DNA from: Mobula hypostoma
Lineage: Eukaryota
Direction: 5' to 3'
DNA length: 64,000 nucleotides
Assembly (NCBI RefSeq): GCF_963921235.1
Contig: NC_086108.1
Coordinates: 48,176,001-48,240,000, forward strand
Positions 25,449-37,597 of the stretch are shown here, one piece after another. Position numbers and translations under genes: made by a program. Below the pieces are notes generated by a model. That model worked only from the letters and a program-made list of their open reading frames with translations. It was not told where the DNA came from and did not search any database. The number at the start of each line of letters is the position of its first letter. The first letter of the stretch is position 1.

Positions 25449-27145
25449 GTAGGAATTGCTGTAATGTTTTCTGACGATTGAATATTTTGTCACATTTGCC
25501 GTCAATAATTGTACCGAACTGAGCCGTTGGATTATTCTACATGGATACCAGGTCCGCTTCCTGCTGTCAGTTGAGGTGACCACTTCGTGCCGCACAGGAA
25601 ACTCCTGCCGATGTCATTTCCTGATGGACTCAGTTTTGGCCTGTGAGAGGTTGCCGATGTTAGCTCACATCCTCTCAGCAGATTGGCAGCATTTTGTGGA
25701 GATGATGTTGTTTGTTGTCTTTACAGTGTTGAGTTGCCTGCTCAAGTAGAAGTTGTCAAACATGTGGGACAGATAACAGTTTGATAAATTTCTATTCAAT
25801 TTAATATCAGAGAATGTATACAGTATATAATGTGAAATTCTTGCTTTTCGTACACCTCCTCGAAGCCAAAAACAACCCCAAAGAATGAATGACAGAAAAC
25901 GTCAGAACCCCAACTCCCCCCCCCACAAAAAGCAGCAGCAGGAAAAGCATTAACCCTCCCCCCCCCGAGTGACCAAACTGGAGAAGTTGCCTGGGTCTGC
26001 AAAAACCTCTGGCGACATCTTTAGCCCCTCCCACTCCTCTAACAGCTGGACTGGAGCAGAGACAGTATCGAAAGGAGGGAGAAGAACAACCTGCGTTTAT
26101 TGTACATTTTTATTACATTTTATTTTTGTTACCTCATTCAGAAGCAAAAGTGATAACAATTGAGCCACAGCTAAATCAGTGCTGGGAAAACACTGGAGGA
26201 AAGTTAATCATTCACTTGTATGAATATAGGTTTTATTAATTCCCAGCAATTGTACACTTGAAAGGAACTTTATGATAACTGAGCCTTGCTTAATAACTAG
26301 GTCTGTCGAAACATGTATTCAGCCCAGTTAAATCTCTGATTTGAATTTCAGTACCCAAGTAGAAATTACCTTGCTGTCTACCAGGCTTCCCAGGTGCAAA
26401 ACCTTGGAGTGGGTGATGATGGTACTCGGGCTCCTTAACATACCAACTCCACCAGGAGAGACTTACATGCTCTAAAGAAATTCCTAAGGTTGACATGTCA
26501 TTGCCCTCATTTGTATGCAGCTGATCAACTGGGTAAATATGGGTTCAAACAATGGGTATATGTATTGGAAGGCAAATACCAATGTTATGAAATAAAAGTG
26601 TTTTTTTATGCCTTGAAGAAAAAGGCACAGAACAGACCCCATTTCTCCATGTTCAATCTCTACAAAGTCAGTTCCATTTGAGCATTTAGGGTACAGTAGG
26701 TCGTAATTAAAGAGAGGAACTAATAAAAGTCAGCATCTATACAGCTGACTACAGTCCAGTAACTTCTGCGAACAAGTCTGTGTGGACCACAATGAGGCAG
26801 AGGGACTTGGCTTCAATATTCACCTGCAATCAACAAAAATTGAGCGACTCAGATGAAGGTCAGAATTTGGAAGAGCCTTTGAGGTTAGTTGGCATTTGTA
26901 GAACTTCACACTAACTTTGAGGCAAGGAGGAATGGGGTTGGTAGGTGTTTAGAAAGTGACGTTTTTAATACATGTTTTCTGGTGAAATAAGAACAGACTG
27001 AACTCGTGTCTGTGACTACAGATGTGCCAGCCCAGTGCTCTGGTGCCCTCCAGTGGCAATAATCTGAAAATTCCCTATTACTGATTTTCCAGGACTGGGG
27101 TTGGGGCGGCGGGTGGGGGGGCGGGGGGTGGATTCATAAAATAGG

Positions 27146-27765
27146 CATAGAATCAATGCACACAGAAACAGACCCTTTGGCCCAATTGGTCCATGCTGTC
27201 CAAGGTGCTCCATCCAAGCTGTCAGTGATTGGCCTATAACCTTCTAAACTTTTCCAATTGACATATCTATCCAACTGTCCTTTGAAAGTTGATATTATAC
27301 CTACCTCAACCACTTCCTCTGGCAATTCATTCCACCCAGATACCACCCTTTATGTAAAATAAAGTTGCTCAAGTTCCCCTTAAATCTGCCCGGGCTCCTT
27401 AAGTCTGTTCATTCTGGTTTTTGATTCCCCAACTCTGGGAAAAAGACTGAGTGTATTCACCCTGTCTATGCCCCTCATAATTTCATACACCTCTATAAGC
27501 TCACTTTTCCATGTCTTATGCTTCAGAAATTAAGTTGTAACCTGTCAAACCTGTTCCTGTAACTGAGTCACACAAATCCTGGTAGCATCCTTGTAAATCT
27601 TTTCTGCATTCTTTCCAATTTAACAACCTTTCCTATTTCAAGACAACCAAAACTGAACAAAACACTCTAAGTGCTGCCTCACTGGCATCTTGCATGACCG
27701 CACTGTGTCCTCCCAACTTTTATACTCAGTGCCCTGACTTGTGCGGGACCTTGTGCCAAAAGCTG
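27146..27765 (-). mobile_element. CR1 LINE 3' fragment
   Basis: ORF 27134-27346 (WNELPEEVVEVG..STFKGQLDRY) matches the CR1 ORF2 C-terminus. Confidence 0.82.
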
Positions 27766-28101
27766 ATGCATGCAGACATGCTGCTAGAATGCAAACAGAA
27801 TATGCTAAGAGTCTTCAGCAGGTCGGGCAGCATCTGTGGAAGGAGCAACATAGTTGACATTTCAGGTTGAAGAAACAAGGGCAAGGTGAAGAAATACATA
27901 GAACATGATGAAGCGGGGTCAGGGTTGCCGTAGTAGTAGACTGTTGAAATGATTCATGAGCAGTTACCAAGAGTGAGAAAAGGAACAAAGCAACACGTAA
28001 AAGATGTGAAGTGCAATTCAGAGTGGTAGCAAATGTCCAGAAGAGCAGGCAGTGTCAGTGGAGAAAAACAAATGACTTAATATTACAGATGGTAAGCATG
28101 T

Positions 28102-28293
28102 CTCTTAGCTTCATCCCTCCCCCTCCTGTCTTCTCCTATCATTTTGGATCACCTCCTCCCCCTCCCACTTTCAAATCTGTTACTAACTTCTTTCAGTTAG
28201 TCCTGACGAAGGGTCTCGGCCCGAAATGCTGACTGTACCTCCTCCTACAGATGCTGCCTGGCCTGCTGCATTCACCAGCAATTTTTATGTGTG
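28102..28293 (+). mobile_element. 192-bp solo 3'-end PLE insertion containing a degenerate hammerhead (28197-28235)
   Basis: Highly similar to about 13440-13630; flanked by the exact 8-bp direct repeat AAGCATGT (28094-28101, 28294-28301). Confidence 0.85.
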
Positions 28294-28766
28294 AAGCATG
28301 TTGCAGAATTGGCCAGTCCTGACCCTGGAACAGTTGAGCTGAATAATCATTTTCTACAATTTTCATTTTTTTAAATTCGGATATTCGGTGTCTGGAGGTT
28401 TTTAAATTCTCAGCACTGCTGCTGCCATCTGCATTTTGAAAATTTGCTTCTATTATTCTCAGTGTCTTGTGCAGTTGTGCGATTTGTTAAATAACCATAT
28501 TCTTTTTAATAGATCGTTTCCTTTTGTAGTATTTGTAAAAACTCTTGAAACAAGTACTAGAAAAGAGTTTTGATTTTACTTCTGTTTCTGACCGATGTTT
28601 GTTCTTTAAGGTTATTATGCTTGGCCAAACCGTTCACATCCCTGTCACTCGCTCTCCTGACATGACAGAAGAAAGGGGATTCTTTGTTAGGTTCTTGTGC
28701 CAAGAAAATCCATTTTCACCCACTATTACACTATTGACGCTAAATTTCACGCATCAGGTCGAAAAC

Positions 28767-29150
28767 CATAAGACCATGAGAAGAAAAGACATAAAGGCAG
28801 AATTAGGCCATTTGGCCCATCAGGTCTTCTCCACCATTCAAACATGGCTGATCCTCTTTCTTTCCCTCCTCAGCCCCACTCCCCTACCTCTTCCAATAAC
28901 CTTTAATGCCATGGCCAATCAAGAGCCTGTCAATCTCTGCCTTAAATACACCCAACAACATGGCCTGCACAGCTGCCTGTGGTAACAAATTTCACAAATT
29001 CACCACCCTCTGGCTACAGAAATTTCTCCGCATCCCTGTTTTAAATGGACACCCCTCTATCCTGAGGTTGTGCGCTCTTGTCTTAGACTCCCCCACCAAG
29101 GGAAACATCCTTTCCACATCTACTCTGTCTAGGCCTTTCAACATTCGACA
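28767..29150 (-). mobile_element. CR1 LINE 3' fragment
   Basis: ccataagaccatgaga...gcagaattaggccatttggcccatc 3' end; same family as 41419-42238. Confidence 0.8.
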
Positions 29151-30297
29151 AATGATTCATGGTTTACTCTTTTAGCACTGGGTAAGGAGATAAAAATGAG
29201 AGGGAAGGATTCTGCACTGAGGACAATACTGAAGCAAATTAGAAACCTTTAGAATCATGAAAATCTGTTTGGTTGACCTTCATTACTATTAAATTTTGTG
29301 TATGGAAAAATCAAGTGCAACTCACAGCAAAATTGGAATTGACAGTGTTAGGAGTGAGATTGTGGTGTGAAAATATCTGGTATTGTGAAGCAAACAGAGC
29401 AGAGCATTACAGAGCAATGTGAAATCACATGATGGCATAGTTCTCTTAACCAAGGGAATTTTGTTTGATTTGTGGCCCTATTTCTAATTTTCTGGCAGGC
29501 CCTCTTTGAATTGTGCGGAGCCAGTGCCATTCCAGTGTTTTGTTGCCTAAATCAAAAAATTATGAATCTGTTGCTATCAAATGTAAATCTGCGAGAGGAG
29601 TGAGGCTGTGGGTTTAACTGTGGTATGGCCTGCTAGCCTCTTTGGCGTATATCCACATTGCCAATGAAGACAAGACTGTTCAGCATCTCAAATTAGCTAG
29701 TAAGAGCTCCTTGCTGTGGGGTCCAAAAATACAGAACACACAAGACCCTAGTTTATCTCCAAGCTTGTACTGGGGTAACTGACCCCAGCTGGTGTCAGAA
29801 TGAGTAATAACTTCATCAGTGGCAAAGGAGGCAGCGGTTTGGAGGGAGTGGGGAAGAAGTGGGGGTCTGGAGTGTGCCTCTATGCTACCAGTCATGACTG
29901 CTGAGAAATGTATGTGATTGCGGGCGTTGGTGACAAGTGATTCTGCTGTAATCCACTCTTCATCTTTCCCGCCCCCAAGCAAACCACTAACAAAAGGTCC
30001 ACGTCTCCTCACATCTCACTTCCTGCCACATGTAAATCTCCAAGATAAAAAAAATGAATATGTCTAGATTGTATAGAACGTCACCAATGGATCTGTGTTT
30101 CAGCATACAATAGAAGGTTAAAACAGAGAGCATTTTAAATACCACGATATAATGGTCTCTTCCATGGTTTTGAAAGAATTATTTACAGTGAAGCTATATT
30201 TTAAGTTTGTGGCCTTCAATAGTAAACTTTATCAACAGTAAAATCTATCTTACAGCAAATGCATGTCTAATAAGTTTAATTTCTTTCTGTTTTAAAG

Positions 30298-30425
30298 ACA
30301 TATGCTGAGCAAGAGTGGCAGTCTAATTATTAGACCAGCTTCTCAGAAGGATTCTGGGATTTACACCTGCCTGGGCAGTAGCTCTGCAGGAACAGACAGA
30401 CAAGCATCCATTCTCACCTATATAG
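30298..30425 (+). CDS. HMCN1: Hemicentin-1 coding exon (128 nt, phase 2 to 1)
   Basis: ttttaaag|a ... atag|gtcagt. Encodes HMLSKSGSLIIRPASQKDSGIYTCLGSSSAGTDRQASILTYI with the D-x-G-x-Y-x-C motif. Confidence 0.95.
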
Positions 30426-31912
30426 GTCAGTGGGCAAATCCTCCTATTTCTGTGCGTTATACATTAAAGTGCTGAAGGGTGAACTTTTGTCCTATGCTGC
30501 CAGCAAAGTGCCAGTCCTGATTGGAAAATGCATTGACTAAGGTGGGACTACAAAGCTGGTGTTGTCCTGCAGGAGTTAAATGTATTGCAGATTGCTACAA
30601 AATTGCGGTACGAGGAGATGAGGTCATCATTGTGATAATCAGCAAGCTATATTAAAATCCTGGACTGACACTTGATATGAGATGTTTGGTGGTAACCCTA
30701 TCTGAAAACGTTTACACCCTAAAAAATCCACAACATGCAAGTAATCTTGTGCTCATAATTCTCCAAACTTTTCCCTGAGCCTTTGTCATGACATTTCTGT
30801 GAAAACCTGTCCAACAGCTACTTGGAATTACTTCTTGCAGCAGTGTCAACAAAGGCAATTTGATTTAAGATGATTTTGGTGGTTGAACTCATTTTCCTCT
30901 CAAGGCAGAGCCCATCTGATTTTCTGGCATCATTTCTCACTTACCGTATTGTTGCTCAGCAAAACATTGGTTGCTCTGTGAATAACGTCCAAGTTGATCA
31001 AAGTTGTTGTACAGTGGCAGAATTAGTCAGCATAGAATGCCATAAATTGCACACCATGTCATTCCAAAAATGTCCAGCCCCTTACTAGATGAGTAAAACT
31101 GGCTTCTTACATGAGCTGTATATCTGTCAAATTGATGTTGAGGCTGTTTCCTTGAAACAGGACAGATTTTGATATAATTTATCAATAAATCCCCTAAGCA
31201 AATCAAACTGCAGTTGTGCTGTGTGAACTTTAGCAAAAAGTTTGCTGAAACCTTACATTTTGTTGAGTTGACAAGTAACTTGTAAACTTTGTGCATCATG
31301 CATTTGGGTAAAATTAGAAGCTGATTGTTGCTAGGTCTGGGCAATGAGCAGATTATCAGACCTGTGGCTTTGATTCTTGCCCAATACCAACAAGAGGCTG
31401 AGCTACTTTTTACTTTCATTCTTTCAGCAGATACTTGTGCAACTTAAGAAGATTGCTGGTTGGATCGAGAGCTGAAAAAGGCTTTAATGCTTCTTATACT
31501 TCTCAATTTTGTAAAAATGTGTTGTTGACCATCATTCAATTCATTACTCCTTGTTCAGTTTCATAGTCTTAAGCTTATTCTCAAGGTAGCAAGAAAGGTA
31601 GCTCCAAAATATTTCAATACAATAATGAGGAAAGTTAAGTTCAGGACTTCTGTACTCTTTTTAAATTTAGATATAATTTGTGTGATTTTATTAGACTGAA
31701 GTGAGCAGGGTTTCAGAGTACCTTCATATTGCTATGAAAGTCTAGTTTAACGACCAAGGTTAGCTTGTGCCTAACATACCACAGCAAAAATAAGCTTAGA
31801 TCCAAGCCAGATAAAATGTTTGGTGAAAGTTGATGCAAAAGAATGGTTTTCATTTTAGGTTCTGAAAGCAGTTCCATTAGGAGTTGTAATATGTTACTTT
31901 TCTTCTCCACAG

Positions 31913-32026
31913 AGGCTCCAAAGGTTACTGTTGTCCAAAAGGAAATCCTTATTGGCCTTGGGGACACTGCAGTTTTGAAATGTAAAACCACTGGTGTTCC
32001 AGAGCCAGAGGTCAAATGGTTCAAAG
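31913..32026 (+). CDS. HMCN1: Hemicentin-1 coding exon (114 nt, phase 1 to 1)
   Basis: tctccacag|ag ... aaag|gtgaga. Encodes EAPKVTVVQKEILIGLGDTAVLKCKTTGVPEPEVKWFK. Confidence 0.95.
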
Positions 32027-32239
32027 GTGAGAGAACTAGCTGGACTGAAACTCCCACGGGATTCACCACTTCAAAAAAACCAGCTGCCTGCTGGTACAAG
32101 TATGGTACCATTATATGTCAAAAAACACAGTGTGATCATTGTTTGTCCATTTGTAACCAGGAGCTTTTGGAATTTTGAAGAGCGTCAAATATTTTCAGTT
32201 GTGTGTACTTTGCTTCAGACTTATTTCTAATACTTCTGA

Positions 32240-32828
32240 TCTAACTTGCTGGATGTTTGTGGAATTGAGTCAAAGGACTTTGCAATATTATTTTGTATGC
32301 ATTGGAGTATTGTGTTCAATTCAGATCACCTCATTTATAGTAAGGATGTAGAAGCTTTAGGGAAGGTGCAGAGGAGATGTACAAGGATGCTGCCTGGGCT
32401 AGAGACCATGCGTTATGAAGAAAGGCCAAGTGAGCTAGGATGTTTCTCTTGGAGCAAAGGAAGATGAGAGGCAACTTGATAGAAGTGTATAAGATGATAA
32501 AAGGCATGATTGGAGTCAATGCCTTTTTCCCACAGTGGTAATGGCTAATTGAGAACGAATAATTTTAAGGTGATTGGAAGAAAATGCAGGGGGATGTCAG
32601 AAACTTTTTTACATAGAGAATGGTAAGTGCATGGAAGGCATTGCCAGCGTGGTGGTAGAAGCAGATACATTAGGGACATTTAAGAGTCTCTCAGAAGGCA
32701 CGTAGATGAAGGAAAAATAGAGAGGTATTTAGGAAGGAGAGTTTAGATTGACCTTGAAGTAGGTTAAAAGGTCAGCAGAACATCAAGGGCCAAAGGGCAT
32801 GTACAGTGCTCTAATGTTCTCTGTCCTA
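32240..32828 (+). mobile_element. CR1 LINE 3' fragment
   Basis: KDVEALGKVQRRCTRMLPGLE (ORF 32246-32467) followed by a CR1-type 3' UTR. Confidence 0.82.
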
Positions 32829-33049
32829 AAGCGTATGGACTCTGTGTCGTAAGGAACAGTCCAAATGCTTCTAAGCATGTATATACAGAACATATTCTCA
32901 AGCTATTGTTTTTACTCCTTCAAATAGTAGTTTTAGAATATAGTCATGCAGCACAGAAGCAGAGCTTATAGTCCACCGAGTCCACCCTAACGATCAAACA
33001 TCCATCTACACTAACCACATATTATTTAAAATATTTTATATATTACAGT

Positions 33050-33730
33050 CTGCTTGACACTGGAGAACAATGCAAATTGGGAAAACATTCTATCAGTCAT
33101 CTTTATTTGCTTTGCAAGAATATCCCTCAGGTTTCCAGTTCCTGCCATTTTAACTCTGTCCCTCAATCCCATTCTTCCTGATGTCTCCTTCAATGTCCCA
33201 CTGCTGTCTTGTAGCTCAATGGAGGTTAGGAGACAGCATCTGATCTTCTGAGGAATCAATGTATCTTCCTGAAATCGGCAATGATTTCAGATTCTCACGC
33301 CAGAATCATTACTCAATTTTGTTTTTGGTTTGGTTTGCAGTTTCTGGACGTCATTTACCTGTTGCTGTTAACAGCTCCTCCTCCCTCATGTGTCCAATTA
33401 TAATACTGCCTTTGCCAAACAGACATTAATCCATCCCTTTCCCTGCCTTTTCACAGTCCCTCCCCATCTTTCTCTGCTTCTCTTGTGACTCGAAACAGTA
33501 AAATCTCTAATAATTCTGACAGCTCATTAACTTGAGTATTTCCAGAATTGTCTTTGCTTTATTTCATAAAACAGACTTACATTATAAATGTCTGGTTTCC
33601 TATCTTCCCTTCATGATTGCTGCCTTCCTGCTACTTCATGTTATCCTGAGCTGGAAGAATCACTTGATGTTTGGTTTGTTTTGGATCATTGTTCCAGATT
33701 TCAGCATCTGCAGTCTCTTGTGTCTTCACT
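33050..33730 (+). mobile_element. Highly degenerate PLE 3' region
   Basis: LxFPVxAI...RRQHLIF resembles the DLPVA...EEQHLIF segment of the GIY-YIG C-terminus; the terminal motif cagcatctgcagtctcttgtgtc lies near 33700. Confidence 0.45.
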
Positions 33731-34669
33731 ACGAATTGTTGCCTCATTTACCACAGCAAGGTGCGCCATGGTTACAAAGAGTCGTTCAGCATTCTGGCAT
33801 GAATGGGATAAGCTTGACTAATCATGGCAAAATGAACTGGAATTCCAGAACATCATGTACTGACTCCAGACCGGGAGTTAGCCACATGAGCCATCTATTA
33901 GCTTCATACATAGATTTGTCAAATAAAACTACAAGAAGTCCTTCTGGCTCTGTCAGCAACCATTTCCCATTCGCTTAAGTCAATGTTTTAATGATGTGGC
34001 AATCCACGCACTAAAAATGCTTATGAATTGATTGTGATGCCTCTTACTAAAATATTGCTGCAAATTGTTGTAAGTATAAAGTATTGAGAAATTCATCACT
34101 TGTTTGAAAATAATGCATTTTCAAATGGGAATAATGCAACTGTTTAGAATTTTAAAGTGAGATCATTCAATTTTGTTGCAAAGGAATATATACTGTATAT
34201 TTGTGGTGTTTGTATTATTTAGATCAGTTCTGCATTGTTCAGTAACTGGACTGTATAATTGACATATTTATAATCCACTGGCCTGACTTACATTTGAATA
34301 AGTCTGAATTTTTACAATAGAATAGCTGATTTAACAGTATAATTGTCATCTAGATTTTCTTCCACTCATGAACTTCAGCAACATTCCCTCTAATATGTAA
34401 TGACCAGTCTGTGCAAAAAAATCTTGTGCTGTGCAATTTTTTGCCCAGTGACAACAACATATGTGCACTGAATAATTTCTTCAATAAAAGCAGTATAAAT
34501 AAGCCAGTTCTGAAATCTGCAGATTAATCATTGCAAGCTCCACGTTGGCAACATCATCTGCATCAGAAACCAGAAAAGGAAATGTGATTGTGTATGATTG
34601 TGAAATATATTAACATGCTGACGAGATAGGTGGTGACAACCTTTTGTGCGCAGTTTAACAAAGATGTTT

Positions 34670-34699
34670 GTGTATGCGCGCGCGCGCACACACACACAC
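34670..34699. repeat. Compound (CG)n(CA)n microsatellite
   Basis: gtgtatgcgcgcgcgcgcacacacacacac. Confidence 0.9.
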
Positions 34700-35235
34700 C
34701 TTAGAAGGAACATTGAACTTATTGAACTTCAGCTAAGCTCTTTACTGCCTGGAGGGTACTTTTTGTGCCATTGGAGAGCTTTCTTATTTGATGGCTATAT
34801 ATTTAGATTTCTTTCATGGGGAGAGATTAGCAGTTGGACAGAAGAAGTTCCAACAGTCTTGTTGGGAGGTCTTGACCCAAAACGTCCTCTCCATAGATGC
34901 TGCTGGCCTGCTGAGTTCCGAGTGTGTTGCTCAAGATTTCTAGCATCTGCAGTATCTCTTGTGCTTAGGATGTTCTTGATGTACTCTTGAAAAGCGAGGA
35001 CCACTCAAAAGGGAAGAGGGACATTTTAGACGGCATAGGAGGCCTCAAGTCCACGTAGGAGACCATACAGAAAACCAGTGCATACAAGAGATAGAGTCAT
35101 AACATAATCTGCCAGCTTGTTGGGCACCTTCTGCCCTGTTCTAGCTTCTGAGGAGTCTGACTTTCCCACTTTGGCCTCCATCAGTCAGCTTAGAATCCAT
35201 AGAACCAGACTGAAGTGGGTTATCCTTGCCTGCAA

Positions 35236-35452
35236 CTACTACTACTACTACGTCGACACAGGCCTAGGGGGCCGGCGTCAGGCACGATGACAGACTCTCC
35301 ACTTCTCCCTCTCCTTCGTCAGTGTGTTCAGTTCATCTACATTAGCCGTGCCGCTGTCTTCTAGGAGCGTGTTGATCATAGCCTTGGGAGGGTGCCCAGG
35401 GTTCATCCTCCCGTGCTTGGGCTCCCATATGATGACTAGGCTGGCTGGCCTG
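35236..35452 (-). mobile_element. RTE-like LINE 3' fragment with (TAG)n tail
   Basis: ORF remnant WEPKHGRMNPGHPPK...LLEDSG...KEREKWR followed by a trinucleotide tail (ctactacta on the + strand). Confidence 0.6.
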
Positions 35453-37438
35453 CAACAATATTCATTTATCTGTGGTATTATGTATGTCACACTAAAATAC
35501 TCTCAGCTTTTAGTTGAAAGAAACTTGTCGTTGTGGTCTCATTTTGTGCCTCACCTCTTTGATGGCAGCTCTCTGTTGATATCTTTTCAGTTGTACATCA
35601 GCCAGGTTATCCACAGTTCTTATAAACAGTGTTGCTTAACGTCAATATCCTGTGTCGATCCAAGACTATTCCTTCTCATTTACTTCTGATTCCATGTACC
35701 ATGCAGTCCTGTCCCTGTGTGGACTATTTTAAAGGTCTCTTCATGAATACCCACAAATCCTTACCCAGTTTAGTCAATTTGAAGAATTTTAATGCTATTT
35801 TGTTTTCTATTTTTCAATTTGCAATGAAGTAACTTCTCATCACTTTCAAATATCTTTCTATCATGGTCTCAGCCAATTTTAGTCTATTTTTCCTCTGTAC
35901 TCAGTTCTGAACCATGTACACACAAGGTAATTTAAAGGTTCCACTAATGGTTTTGAGACACTTCACTGGTCACCCCCTGTGACTTTGTTACAAGTCACCA
36001 GTTGTCTATACCATTGAAATAATGGTTCATATTGGTTCATAATGGTTCATATTTTCTATATATGAAGTAATAATTGTAACAATTTTTGTTCTCCTTACAC
36101 ATGTGTACTAGAAATTACATTAAGCAATCTTGAATCTTAAATATCCATCTGTTGAGCAAGTTTCCAATGTGGCACTGTGTCATAAAATTTGGCACTGCCT
36201 TTAGATGAATGAGCAGAGGCAGGGGAAAATATAGAAAAAATATAAGTACAGCCAAGTGTTTCCAGTGTGGAAATCATTAGCAAATTTACTTGTGAGAATA
36301 AAAATGAGGGCTTGAACACACAAGACCATGTCTTCCTATTGCAATGAAGATCTTGTTGGGACAGAGCAGTTTCAAAGCAACATTTTTATTTAATTTGCTT
36401 CTCTGTTCCTCTCTTTGTTTAAGAATTGCCACTTTTATGTCCTGCCCACTTAAGTATCATGCATAATCTCCTGCTGAGTACGCAGACGGTGAAGTTTTGC
36501 TACATTTTTAGAAACAAACCATAGGGAATGCTGAGGAATAAATGACTGAACTATTGATAATCTTGAATTGATGGTTTTTCCTTAAGTTCCTTAACAAGTA
36601 TTGTTTACCAACGTGTTGCTAAATGTGGGTCTAAACTTGTCACTTGACCCCCACATGGTGAAACGGTTAGTGAGTAATTACACTACTGTGTTGCATCATG
36701 TACCATTTTATATCTAATGAAATATTCTATTAAGGAGTAGCTAGAGTAGAACCACATATGACACCGTCCCACCTTCCTCACTCTGCAATAATATATCTAG
36801 CCCATTGAAAATATGCAATGAATTGATACTCATAACATCACAGTCTCTGTGATTAAGATTCCTTTAGTTTTCACAACATAATAAACGACTTTCATTGTTA
36901 TCTCATTTCATTTTATATGGATGTGCTGCTTTCCATAATGTTCCATTTTGAGAATAGATTCTGTAAAAATGGAAGACAATTGGGCAATTGCTCCTAAAAG
37001 TGGTGATTTTGGCAGATATGCTTGCCAGTTGGATGCAAACATATAAATGTTGCCCAGACTTGTAAAGTCCAATTGCAAAGTTCATTTGTCCAGAAGATCA
37101 GTCAAAAGAGTTAATGTAAAAGTCAGGGAACTTCATCTGGTTATTGTTGGCAATTCAGTCTGTTTTATTTGTAATGATTGGCAAGCAGTTAACCAGTTTT
37201 CCATTTACATACATTTCTGGCTTAAGCTGTAAGAAGTATGGTAATTCTGCAATAGATTATTGTTTTGTTTATGTATTATGATAAGGGGATCCTTCTGGCA
37301 GTCTGATAAGAGCATTCAAAATGTTTGTGACATAATAGTGTCATTGTGTTCAAGAAAAGTCAAAGCTGTGGGTGATATTTCACTTCCTGTAAGATTCATT
37401 ATTCTTATTTTTAAATATCCACATTCAATGATTTCCAG

Positions 37439-37597
37439 GTGACCTTGAGTTGAATCCTTCCAATTTTCTGAGCATTGATACACATCGGGGTGTTCTGGAG
37501 ATAAAGGAAACACAGGAATTAGATGCTGGAGACTATACTTGTTTGGCTGTGAATGACGCTGGAAGAGCTTCTGGCCAGATTACTTTGGATGTTGGCT
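37439..37597 (+). CDS. HMCN1: Hemicentin-1 coding exon (159 nt, phase 1 to 1)
   Basis: atttccag|gt ... ggct|gtaagt. Encodes GDLELNPSNFLSIDTHRGVLEIKETQELDAGDYTCLAVNDAGRASGQITLDVG. Confidence 0.95.
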
